Of a DNA stretch of 64,000 bases, positions 55,009 through 64,000 are shown one piece after another. The stretch comes from an uncultured Acidobacteriota bacterium (GTDB lineage Bacteria > Acidobacteriota > UBA6911 > RPQK01 > JAPXNP01). Below the pieces are notes generated by a model. That model did no database searches, was not told the origin of the DNA, and saw nothing but the letters and a program-made list of their open reading frames with translations. Where the stretch lies: positions 128,001 to 192,000 of the forward strand of contig CAVZRV010000013.1 of NCBI GenBank assembly GCA_963777605.1. Reading direction: 5' to 3'. Numbering within the stretch: the stretch's first letter is position 1; every line of letters begins with the position of its first letter. Both the position numbers and the translations under genes were made by a program.

Positions 55009-56502
55009 ATGCATGACCATGAAGCGGGTTTAGATACGATGAATTTCAGCGGATTCCTGCAATCCTTGGGGAGGGGCGAGGCGCGGGGAGTCAGCCGGCT
55101 CTACCTGGGAGCCGTCACGGCATTCTTTCTCCTCGGCGTGTCGCTCGCGGCACTGTTGCGCCTCGAACTCCTTGGCAGCGACGGGGGCATCCTTGGACCG
55201 GTGAATTTCGAGCGTCTCACGTCGATGCACGGGATCATCATGCTCTTTCTGGTCGCATTTCCGGCCATTCCGGGTGTTCTCGGCAATCTGCTCCTGCCCG
55301 ATATGCTGGGAGGGGGTCGACTGGCTCTACCCCGCCTCAACCTCGCCGGGTTTTCCTTCTACGTGCTGGGCGGCCTGCTGTTGATTTCGGCGTTACTGAA
55401 CGGAGGAATGGATGGGACCTGGATGATGTTGCCGCCCTTCTCGGTTCACGAGGCGGGAGGAAACCTGGTGGGCCTTCTCGGAGTGGCCCTGGTCGGCGTG
55501 TCGCTGGTTTGCCTCGCACTGGTCTTCCTGGTGTCGTTTCACCGGGTGCGGGCAGAGGCCTGGGGTCGTCTTCGGCCATTCGCCTGGTCTGTTTACTGTT
55601 CTTCGCTGGTGACCCTCCTCTGTTTCCCGCTACTGATCGGCCTGGTCCTGCTGCTGGCTGCCGGACACCTGCTGGGTGGCTCGATTTTCGACATTGCAGG
55701 CGGGGGCGACTCGGGACTTTATCGAACCTTGTTTTGGATCTTTGCCAGGCCCGCTTTCTATGCCGTGATCCTTCCGCCGTTGGGCGTGATATCGGAAATT
55801 CTGGACAGCCGTCGTGGTCTCCAGTTCAGCGGAGACCGGATTCTCTTCGGCTCGATGGGAGCGATTTCCGTGTTCGGCCTGTTCGGAGCAGGAGCCCACT
55901 GGATGACGGTCGGGTCGTCCGGCCCGGTGGTCCTGATGTCCGGATTGCTCAACGTCCTGACCGTGATTCCGTTTTTCCTGATTCTGATCCGCTGGCTGCA
56001 GATTCTGCTGGCCTGTCGTGATCAGTGGGGGGCGCCGCTGATGTTTGCGCTCGCGAGTATCCTGCTCGCACTGATTGGCGGCTTGTCGGGGCTCATTCTA
56101 GGAGAGCCGGGAGCGAATCCGCACATCCATGCGACCCTCTTTGTGGTCGGCCACCTCCACTTTCTGCTGGCCGGAACGGTGCTGGCAGCTTACCTCGGAG
56201 GGTTGCACTACTGGTGGCCGGACCTGGCCGGCCGGTCGTTTTCAGAGGGAATGGGCATTCTCGGGGCCCTGTTGCTATTCGTAGGAGTGAATGTCACCTT
56301 TTTGCCCCAGTTCGCCGCCGGATTTGCCGGTCTTCCCCGCCGACTGGCGGATTACCCGCCTGAATTCGGCGGGTACCAGGTGCTTTCTACGGCCGGGATG
56401 AGCCTGTTGGTCATTGGCTATCTGATGCCGATGGTCTACCTCGGGTGGAGTCTTCGTTTTGGCGAAAAGACCCGGGATCGACTGTTGCGGGCGCGGGCTT
56501 GA
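55009..56502 (+). CDS. Orphan, degenerate heme-copper oxidase subunit I-like protein
   Basis: MHGIIM, PRLN, GGD..LY..LFW, H.T.FVVGHLH and GLPRR are retained; HPEVY reads RPAFY and HH reads HW. Confidence 0.8.
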   Translation: MHDHEAGLDTMNFSGFLQSLGRGEARGVSRLYLGAVTAFFLLGVSLAALLRLELLGSDGGILGPVNFERLTSMHGIIMLFLVAFPAIPGVLGNLLLPDMLGGGRLALPRLNLAGFSFYVLGGLLLISALLNGGMDGTWMMLPPFSVHEAGGNLVGLLGVALVGVSLVCLALVFLVSFHRVRAEAWGRLRPFAWSVYCSSLVTLLCFPLLIGLVLLLAAGHLLGGSIFDIAGGGDSGLYRTLFWIFARPAFYAVILPPLGVISEILDSRRGLQFSGDRILFGSMGAISVFGLFGAGAHWMTVGSSGPVVLMSGLLNVLTVIPFFLILIRWLQILLACRDQWGAPLMFALASILLALIGGLSGLILGEPGANPHIHATLFVVGHLHFLLAGTVLAAYLGGLHYWWPDLAGRSFSEGMGILGALLLFVGVNVTFLPQFAAGFAGLPRRLADYPPEFGGYQVLSTAGMSLLVIGYLMPMVYLGWSLRFGEKTRDRLLRARA

Positions 56503-56536
56503 TATTTCTAACCGATCGATAGAGGGAGCGTGGGTT

Positions 56537-57295
56537 TTGAAGCTCAAGGATAAAGTCGCGATTGTGACCGGTGCGAGTAGTGGAATGGGGCGAGCCATCG
56601 CGGAGCGCTTCGTCAGAGAAGGTGCTGCGGTAGTTCTTTGTGGACGAGACCGTCGAAAAGGGGAAGCAGCCCTCGAGGAGATCACTGCCGATGGTGGGGA
56701 GGCTCGCCTTGTCTGTGGGAGTGTTGCGGAGCCGGAGGTCAACCGGGAACTCGTGCGGACCGCCGCAGCTGAATTTGGCGGAATCGACATCCTGGTTCCG
56801 AATGCCGGACTGCTTGGGCTGGGCTCGGTCACGGGTGTTGATTGGGATACCTGGCACGAGACGATCAACGTCAACCTCAACGGTGTCTTCTATCTCCTCC
56901 GCTACGGAATACCGGAACTCCAGAAGCGGTCCAGCGGGGCAATCGTCGTCACTGGTTCGATTGCCGCTTACAAGGGATTTCCTAACCACGCCGCCTACTG
57001 TGCTTCCAAAGGTGCACTGGTGCCGTTCGTCAAACAGGTAGCCGTTGATTACGGCCCGGACATCCGGGCCAACATCATTTGCCCGGGACCGGTTGACACT
57101 CCGCTCATATGGGACTCGGCGGCAGCGTTTCCGGACCCCGAGAAGGCGGTCTCGGATGTCGCTGAAAAGACCTTGATGAAGCGCCTGGGGACGCCGAAGG
57201 ACATTGCCGACCTGGTGCTTTTCCTGGCTTCTGATGAGTCGGCCTGGATCACTGGGGCCGCCTTAACGATCGACGGCGGCGTGACCTGTTTGTAG
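56537..57295 (+). CDS. SDR-family oxidoreductase
   Basis: TGASSGMG, NAG, YCASK, ICPGPVDT, IDGG. Confidence 0.93.
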   Translation: MKLKDKVAIVTGASSGMGRAIAERFVREGAAVVLCGRDRRKGEAALEEITADGGEARLVCGSVAEPEVNRELVRTAAAEFGGIDILVPNAGLLGLGSVTGVDWDTWHETINVNLNGVFYLLRYGIPELQKRSSGAIVVTGSIAAYKGFPNHAAYCASKGALVPFVKQVAVDYGPDIRANIICPGPVDTPLIWDSAAAFPDPEKAVSDVAEKTLMKRLGTPKDIADLVLFLASDESAWITGAALTIDGGVTCL

Positions 57296-57379
57296 GTTTC
57301 TGAAATCTCCAATCAGGGTTACGGGTCAACCCGGCTGCCACCGGCACCCTTTGATCAGCGACCGCATCTTTAACTGTTA

Positions 57380-59650
57380 ATGAGTAATGAAGCTCCTGAG
57401 AAAGCCGAACTGCCGGAAACCACGACGGAAACACTGGCGATTACGGGAATGACCTGTGCCAATTGTGTGGCGGCGCTCGAGAAAGGCCTCAACAAACTGG
57501 ATGGAGTGGTTGACGTCTCCGTGAACCTGGCCTCGGAACGGGCCCAGGTCTGCTACCTGCCGGAGCGACTCGGCCACGAAGACCTGGTGCGGCAGGTAGA
57601 ACGTGTCGGCTACGGGGTTGTGGATATTCCGGACGAGATGGCCCCGGGAGCCCTTGACCTGGAACGGGAGGCCCGAGAGACCGAGGTTCGGCGTCAGGAG
57701 CGCTACTTTGTTGTCGGTGCAATTCTGACCGCACCGCTGCTCGCACTGGGCATGGCGCGCGATTTTGGTCTTCTTGGACTCTGGGCACAGGAATCCTGGG
57801 TCAACTGGCTTTTCTGGGGACTGGCGACGCCGGTGCAGTTCTACGTGGGGCGCCAGTACTACGTAAACGGCTGGAAGTCTCTCCGTAACGGCTCCGCGAA
57901 CATGGATGTTCTCGTGGCCCTCGGGTCGAGTGTGGCCTATTTCTTTTCCGTTGTCGTGACTCTTGGACTGGCTTCGGGACACGTCTACTTCGAAACCTCG
58001 GCGGCAATCATCACCCTGATTGTGACCGGCAAGTTGCTCGAGGCCCGGGCCAAGGGGAGGACCAGCGAGGCCATCAAGCGCCTGCTGCGCCTCCAGCCCA
58101 AACGCGCCCTCGTCGTTCGTGCGGATGTGGAGGTTGAAGTCCCGGTCTCCGAAGTGCGCCGTGGCGACCTGATTCGGGTCAAGCCGGGCGAGAGTTTCCC
58201 GGTTGACGGAGTCGTTCTGGACGGGACAACGTCGGTGGACGAAAGCATGATTTCGGGCGAGAGTCTGCCGGTCTCCAAGCAGACCGGTGATCGTCTGATT
58301 GCCGGAACCCACAATCTCGACGGATCGATACTTTTTCAAACCGAGGCGGTCGGGCATGACACCGTTCTGGCGCAGATTATCCGCCTGGTGGAATCGGCTC
58401 AGGCGAGCCGGGCCCCGGTCCAGCGGATCGTGGATCAGGTCGCCGCGGTTTTCGTTCCGGTGGTCGTTGCGTTGGCGATTCTGACTTTCGGAATCTGGTA
58501 CCTGCTCGGCGCCGGGTTTGTGCCTTCGTTGATCCGTCTCGTTGCTGTCCTGGTCATTGCCTGCCCCTGTGCCATGGGACTGGCAACCCCGACGGCAATT
58601 ATGGTCGGGACCGGACGGGGCGCCGAGTCCGGGATCCTGTTTCGGAGCAGCGAGGCATTGGAGCGAGCCCATCGCCTGAATGCCCTGGTCCTCGACAAGA
58701 CCGGGACTGTGACTGAAGGACGTCCCGAAGTGACCGGTTTCGTCGTTGATCCCGGTGTTGTGAAGGAGGATATTTTGCGCCTGGCCGCAGCGCTCGAGCA
58801 GCGCTCCGAGCACCCTATCGCGCAAGCCGTGGTGCGGGCCGCGGAAACCGTGGGCGGGAGCCTCCCGTCCCCGACGGAATTCCGCAATTACAGTGGGCGG
58901 GGCGTCGAAGGAATGGTAGAAGGTCAGTCCCTCTGCATTGGAACGCGGGAATTTCTTGAAGGGAAGGGAATCGACCTGCACCGCCTGGAGCGGGAATGGG
59001 CGGAGCTTGCTGGAAAGGGGGAAACCGTTGTCGGAGTTGCTATTGAGGGAGGCCTCGTCGGTCTCTTCGGGCTTGCCGATGCGCTTCGCCCGGAAAGTCC
59101 CGGGATTGTTGGCGAGTTGAAGGAGATGGGCCTGAAGGTGTTCCTGGTGACCGGTGACAATCGGGCGACAGCCGAGGCCATCGGCGCCAGACTCGACGTC
59201 GACGGTGTCGAAGGGGAGGTGCGTCCCGAAGGCAAGGCTGAATACGTCAAGCGTCTCCAGGAAAGTGGTCTGCGCGTGGGTATGGTGGGAGACGGAATCA
59301 ATGACGCTCCAGCCCTCGCCCAGTCCGACGTCGGAATCGCCATGGGAACCGGAACCGACGTGGCCATTGAAGCGGCTGACGTCACTTTGGTCGGCGGCGG
59401 GATTGCCTCGGTCCCCCGGGCACTTCGGCTCAGCCGCGCGACCATGAGAACGATCTGGGAGAACCTGACTTGGGCGTTCGGCTACAACGTCATCCTGATT
59501 CCGGTTGCCGCCGGCGTTCTTTCCCCGTTCGACTGGGCCCCCGAGTTTCTTCGCCACCTCCACCCGATCCTGGCGGCCCTGGCGATGGCCCTGAGTTCGG
59601 TCAGCGTGGTCACGAACTCCCTCCGGCTCCGCCGGAAACGACTGGGGTAG
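57380..59650 (+). CDS. copA: Copper-translocating P1B-type ATPase
   Basis: MTCANC, YFET, CPC, DKTGT, SEHP, GDGINDAP, YN, MALSS. Confidence 0.95.
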   Translation: MSNEAPEKAELPETTTETLAITGMTCANCVAALEKGLNKLDGVVDVSVNLASERAQVCYLPERLGHEDLVRQVERVGYGVVDIPDEMAPGALDLEREARETEVRRQERYFVVGAILTAPLLALGMARDFGLLGLWAQESWVNWLFWGLATPVQFYVGRQYYVNGWKSLRNGSANMDVLVALGSSVAYFFSVVVTLGLASGHVYFETSAAIITLIVTGKLLEARAKGRTSEAIKRLLRLQPKRALVVRADVEVEVPVSEVRRGDLIRVKPGESFPVDGVVLDGTTSVDESMISGESLPVSKQTGDRLIAGTHNLDGSILFQTEAVGHDTVLAQIIRLVESAQASRAPVQRIVDQVAAVFVPVVVALAILTFGIWYLLGAGFVPSLIRLVAVLVIACPCAMGLATPTAIMVGTGRGAESGILFRSSEALERAHRLNALVLDKTGTVTEGRPEVTGFVVDPGVVKEDILRLAAALEQRSEHPIAQAVVRAAETVGGSLPSPTEFRNYSGRGVEGMVEGQSLCIGTREFLEGKGIDLHRLEREWAELAGKGETVVGVAIEGGLVGLFGLADALRPESPGIVGELKEMGLKVFLVTGDNRATAEAIGARLDVDGVEGEVRPEGKAEYVKRLQESGLRVGMVGDGINDAPALAQSDVGIAMGTGTDVAIEAADVTLVGGGIASVPRALRLSRATMRTIWENLTWAFGYNVILIPVAAGVLSPFDWAPEFLRHLHPILAALAMALSSVSVVTNSLRLRRKRLG

Positions 59651-59653
59651 GGC

Positions 59654-59752
59654 GTTCCTGGTTTCTGGTTCCTGGTTTCTGGTTTTGCCGGAGTAATTCA
59701 GGCAGCCTGCCTGGGATGTTTTCCGGGCAGCTTGCCCGGCGAATACATTCTC
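59654..59752 (+). repeat. ~100-bp dispersed double-hairpin repeat, copy 1
   Basis: Heptamer tract, GAGTAAT, CAGGCAGCCTGCCTG, CCGGGCAGCTTGCCCGG, ACATTCTC; same order at 61172-61272. Confidence 0.8.
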
Positions 59753-59934
59753 GAACCTGAAACTTCGTCAACATCGCTCAAGAGATTACCGGTGGCCTGA
59801 CTTGTCTGGTCCCACAGAATGTTACCCATGATCCTGACGGAGCCCTGCACCCCAGAAACCCGGAACCACGGAACCCGGAACCAGAATCTCCCCCGCAAGA
59901 ATCCTGTATCTTAGAAAAAACAGGAGGTTTTTCT

Positions 59935-60135
59935 ATGGCACAAGTTTGGGATGTTGTATGTGGAATGAAGGGAACCACGGAGAAGTGGAAATCCGTGTCG
60001 GAATATAAAGGAAAGCGTTACTACTTTTGCTGTGACGGCTGCAAGGGAGCATTCGAACGGTCGCCCGACTATCACTTGGGAAACTTCGCCGAAGAGCATC
60101 CGAACGAGGCGGCAACTCCCTCGGAAAGTAAGTGA
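59935..60135 (+). CDS. YHS-domain protein
   Basis: DVVCGM..YKGKRYYFCCDGCK..F..SPD.; AGGAGG RBS. Confidence 0.9.
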   Translation: MAQVWDVVCGMKGTTEKWKSVSEYKGKRYYFCCDGCKGAFERSPDYHLGNFAEEHPNEAATPSESK

Positions 60136-60180
60136 ATCCTGTGCGGCGATGAGGCGCAATCAGAGAGGAAGGAGACGCGG

Positions 60181-61129
60181 ATGACTGGTCCCGTGGTCCA
60201 CACCGTTCGAGGCCCGATTCCTGCCGATATGCTCGGTCGGACCCTCATGCACGAGCACCTGCTCGTGGACTTCGTCGGGGCCGGCCGGATCGGGCCCGGG
60301 CGATACGATCCCGACGAGGCATTCAAGGTACTGTTGCCCTATCTCAAGGCATTGCGCGACCAGGGTTTCGATGCCTTCGTGGAATGTACCCCGATGTACC
60401 TGGGTCGGGATCCGGAGCTCTTTCGCCGACTTTCGGCAGCTTCCGGGCTTCACCTCCTGACCAACACGGGCATGTATGCGGCCGGCGAGCGCGCCGGGTG
60501 AACCCGAACCCTACCTGCCCAAATACGCGTTCGAGCTGTCGGCCTCCGAGTTGGCGGGGACGTGGCTGAAGGAGTGGTACGAAGGGATTGCGGGTACGGG
60601 GATCCGACCGGGATTCATCAAGACCGGAGTGACTCCGGGCGGTTCACTTCGGCCGATTTCAGAAAAGATCATTCGAGCGGCGGCACATACCGTTCGCCGG
60701 ACGGGACTGGCGATGGCCTGTCACACCGTGGAGGGAACCTCGGCCATGAGGATTCTCGAGATCTTCGCCGAAGAGGACGTTCCGGCTCACCGCTTCATCT
60801 ACGTCCATGCTCAAGGTGAAAAGAGACCGGAGCTACCATCGAAAGGTCGCCGCGGCGGGTGGATGGGTTGAACTGGACGGAATCGGCCCTCAAAGCGCCG
60901 ACCTTCACGCCGACGCCGTCATCGAACTGCTCGAACAGGGTTATGAGGACCGGATTCTGCTCAGCCAGGATGCCGGCTGGTACCGTCCCGGAGAGCCGGC
61001 GGCGGCGAGATCCGCGGTTTTACTTACCTGTGGGACGAATTCGTCCCGCTGCTCCGGCGACGGGGTGTTCCCGATGAGACCATCGACCACATCCTCGTCC
61101 ACAACCCACGAGAGGCTCTGGCCGTCTAA
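60181..61129 (+). CDS. Phosphotriesterase-related amidohydrolase, three frameshifts
   Basis: HTVRGPI, LMHEHL, LGRD, GFIK, CHT, YVH, LLSQDAG; after correction ends HNPREALAV-stop. Confidence 0.8.
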
Positions 61130-61171
61130 ACCGAACCCGGGGCGGGGCTGACTGCAACTTCATCTGGCTCA

Positions 61172-61272
61172 GTTCCTGGTTCCTGGTTTCTCGGTCCTGG
61201 AGGGAGAGTAATCCAGGCAGCCCTGCCTGGTATGGCGGCCGGGCAGCTTGCCCGGCGGAAGTGAACATTCTC
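61172..61272 (+). repeat. ~100-bp dispersed double-hairpin repeat, copy 2
   Basis: Same blocks as 59654-59752. Confidence 0.8.
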
Positions 61273-61550
61273 AATCCAGGATACCGTCACTTCTTTGAGG
61301 GTAGCGACGCAGGTGAGTCGGATTTTTTGGGGCGGTGCGACACGTCGCACGACTTGCTCATTCAGGTAGGCACTCCCATCTTGGGGAGGATCCAGACTTG
61401 AAGAGCAAGCCAGAGGCCGATGAAAAGAACAACCAGTATGAGATCGCCAAACTCCATTTGAAACTATCCTCGGTTCTTTCGCTTCTTTAGATAATACCAT
61501 TCAATTACCGAACCAGAATTGCAAGATTTGTTCAGATAGGAGCCAATGCA

Positions 61551-62060
61551 ATGAGACTTTTCGTACCAGTGGCGGTGTTCTCGGTCTTGATGATGTCATT
61601 GTGGAGCGCGCCGGGAGTGGGAGATCAGGCGCCCGATTTCAGCCTCAAAGGTTCGGACGGGAAGACTTATCATTTGTCCGATTTCCGCGGCAAGATGCCG
61701 GTTGTGCTGGCGTGGTTCCCAAAAGCCTTCACCGGTGGCTGAACGCTGGAATGCAAATCGCTGCGTGACAGCGGTCAGGAACTCAAGGACCACAACGTTA
61801 CTTACTTTGCCGCCAGTGTGGACGATGCCGAGACCAACCGGAAATTCGCCGAGTCTCTCGAACTCAACTACCCCATCCTGAGTGACCCGAATAAGAGTGT
61901 CGCCGCATCTTACGGCGTTCTCAATGACTCTGGAACCTACGCACAACGCTGGACCTTCTACATCGACAAGGACGGCAAGATCGCCCGCATCGACAAGTCG
62001 GTCAAGCCCGGATCGAGCGGCAGCGACCTGGTGGAGAGCCTGAAGTCCCTCGGCTGGTAG
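61551..62060 (+). CDS. Peroxiredoxin (BCP/PrxQ-type), probable selenoprotein with UGA at 61740-61742
   Basis: FPKAFTGG-(TGA)-TLEC continues in frame to [18 protein letters not shown]; hairpin at 61757-61775. Confidence 0.9.
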
Positions 62061-62223
62061 GACCAACCTGCCAGGTTGTCCTGTGGACTGGGCACGATCG
62101 TCGGACGATTCACCGGCTCGAAAAGCAAGCCTGTGGCAGGCTCCCGCTCGGGAGGTTCCGACCCCGAGGCAGGCGAGGACACTTGTTCAGCGCAGGCAGC
62201 GGTGTGCGCGTTAGAATACAAGC

Positions 62224-63045
62224 GTGACCAAGACATTTCTGGAGCGGATTGCTCAGGTTGAGCTGGATCAGGTGAATTCGGTTTACGGACCGGTACGCAG
62301 CTGGCGGGTCGGGGCATCTTTGGGCATCGATCTTATCTGTGTCAACTCGGTCTGTTCCTTCAACTGCGGCTACTGCCAGTTGGGGACAATCCAGGTTCCC
62401 GTCAACGATCGTCATCTTTTCGTGCCGACAGAGAAGGTCCTCACCGACCTTTCCCACAGTGCCTGGCGAGACGCTGACGTGATTACTTTCTCGGGCAGCG
62501 GCGAACCGACACTCGCGCTGAACCTGGGCGAAGTGACTGAACGAATCAAGGAGGTCACCGAGAAGCCGACCCTGGTATTGACCAATGGAACACTCCTGCA
62601 TCGGGAAGATGTCCAGGAAGAGCTGTGCCGTTCCGACCGGGTCTTCGTCAAGCTGGATGCGGTCACCGATGCCACCTTCAGACGGGTGAACCGTCCGGTC
62701 GATGGCGTGAGTCTGCCGGAGATCATCGAGAGCGTGGTGGCTTTTCGAAAGCGCTACCAGGGCTATCTCGGCATCCAGAGCATGTTCGTGCACTCGACCC
62801 GGGACCGGATCGACGACTACGTTCGAGTTTTCTCTCGAATCGGACCCGACGAGATCCAGGTCAACACTCCGACCCGGCCCTATCCCGAGTCCTGGCACCT
62901 GGCCAGCCGGGGAAGTCACGATGGCGTGGACTATCCGGCTCACGATCTCAAACCGGTCAGCACGGAACGCCTCCGCGAAATTGAAGCCGAGATCGCCACC
63001 CACCTTCCCGGAGTCCTGGTCCGGGGAGTCCGGCCCAGAGATTAG
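62224..63045 (+). CDS. Radical SAM protein
   Basis: VYGPVRSWR.G.SLGIDL, CSFNCGYC, SGSGEPTL, TNG. Confidence 0.9.
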   Translation: MTKTFLERIAQVELDQVNSVYGPVRSWRVGASLGIDLICVNSVCSFNCGYCQLGTIQVPVNDRHLFVPTEKVLTDLSHSAWRDADVITFSGSGEPTLALNLGEVTERIKEVTEKPTLVLTNGTLLHREDVQEELCRSDRVFVKLDAVTDATFRRVNRPVDGVSLPEIIESVVAFRKRYQGYLGIQSMFVHSTRDRIDDYVRVFSRIGPDEIQVNTPTRPYPESWHLASRGSHDGVDYPAHDLKPVSTERLREIEAEIATHLPGVLVRGVRPRD

Positions 63046-63201
63046 CAGCCGTTGCGCCGGGCCCCGGGGCCTGCCCCCGACACGATTCAACAGGTTCCCT
63101 TTCTGGCTTGAAACGATTCGCGCAGGAAGTGCGGGGAGTTGCGGGGTGCGACGGGAAGGAAATCGCCGCAACTTTTGCTATACTACGCCTCTCCCGAATC
63201 C

Positions 63202-63278
63202 GGGCGGTTAGCTCAGCTGGTTAGAGCGCCGGTCTTACAAACCGGAGGTCACTGGTTCGATCCCAGTACCGCCCACCA
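63202..63278 (+). tRNA. tRNA-Val(TAC)
   Basis: GGGCGGT acceptor stem, CCGGT-CT-TAC-AA-ACCGG, GGTTCGATCC, encoded CCA. Confidence 0.97.
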
Positions 63279-63285
63279 TTTAAAA

Positions 63286-63615
63286 TCAACAACTTACAGC
63301 GATTCGGAAAAGCAGTACGGTCCAGGCGTAAGGGCAGGGTAAAGGCATCGCCCATAAAGGCCCCCTCAGCGGCCCGTGACGGCGTTTTGTTTCCCCCCGG
63401 CCTAGCACCCGCTCGAACTCCGCTTCCGGCACCGCAGCATACTTCTGGGCACGGCTCGAGAGCTTCTTGTCGATCCCGGCTTCGGCCAAGGTGGGGCGGA
63501 CCTCGGTTCCCGGAGAGTACCGAGCTTTCATAGCGTCGCCACCGGTCGCCAACCCCACCGTCTGCTTCTGGAGTGCGATCAGTTCACCCAGGCGGCGCTC
63601 GGCACGGAACTGGAA
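63286..63615 (-). pseudogene. Phage-derived protein fragment
   Basis: RAERRLGELI..QKQTVGL..PTLAEAGIDKKLSSRAQK resembles N-terminal regions recalled from phage (often MT-A70-linked) proteins; frame begins right after a stop. Confidence 0.55.
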
Positions 63616-64000
63616 TCACTGGAAAAGCCCGAGGCCGAAGAACGGAAGAAATCTAGCCAACTTCAAGGAAAGAACTCTGACGGGGATCCCATCTTCGGTG
63701 GCGGTACCGTACCACCACCGAAGAAAAGAGGAAGAACCCGCGACATCGTGGGCGCTGCGGTGGGTATGGCCCTGGAGGCCGGGGGGGACGGCGTCACCAG
63801 GGCCGGCTTGCCGGTTCGCTGTCGGCAAGGTTCATAAATACCGAATCGCGAAGGTGTCTCCGGGCAATTCCGGCACCCACGGCCATGCTGCCAGCAACTC
63901 GGAGTCGCTCGGTTCCCGCACTGCCTTCGGTTCATGCTGGAGTGCGAGGGCAACCTGGGCACGTTGACGTTCACGTTCTTCCCATTGATCGTGCGCCATC

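Noticed and set aside
60499-60501. TGA in the phosphotriesterase gene as selenocysteine
   Set aside because: Homology continues in a different frame, so it is a frameshift, and it is not at a conserved Cys position.

Overview
High-GC bacterial chromosome segment, most likely Acidobacteriota (inferred from 16S rRNA sequence features). Core genes: a complete 16S-23S-5S rRNA operon, tRNA-Ser(GGA), tRNA-Ser(CGA), tRNA-Val(TAC), SRP RNA-dnaX-ybaB-recR, moaD/E, nfeD-stomatin, lnt, prfB with its programmed +1 frameshift, ahcY and copA. An accessory zone at about 11.4-29.1 kb holds (i) a mosaic conflict locus built around a CARF-domain sigma54 activator (RtcR-like) with ARPP-1, ADP-ribosylglycohydrolase, PARG-like, Macro and vWA-like genes, whose sigma54 promoter is followed at once by a compact multi-stem RNA structure, and (ii) a decayed ~7-kb island bounded by a duplication of the tRNA-Ser 3' end. 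Other notable items: an orphan heme-copper oxidase subunit I lacking two CuB ligands, a probable selenocysteine peroxiredoxin, a CoA-transferase homologue lacking its catalytic motif, a Cys-rich secreted protein and several REP-like repeat families. Several otherwise intact genes carry single-base frameshifts that may be sequencing errors. No CRISPR array was seen. Family assignments come from motif recognition by eye, not database searches.
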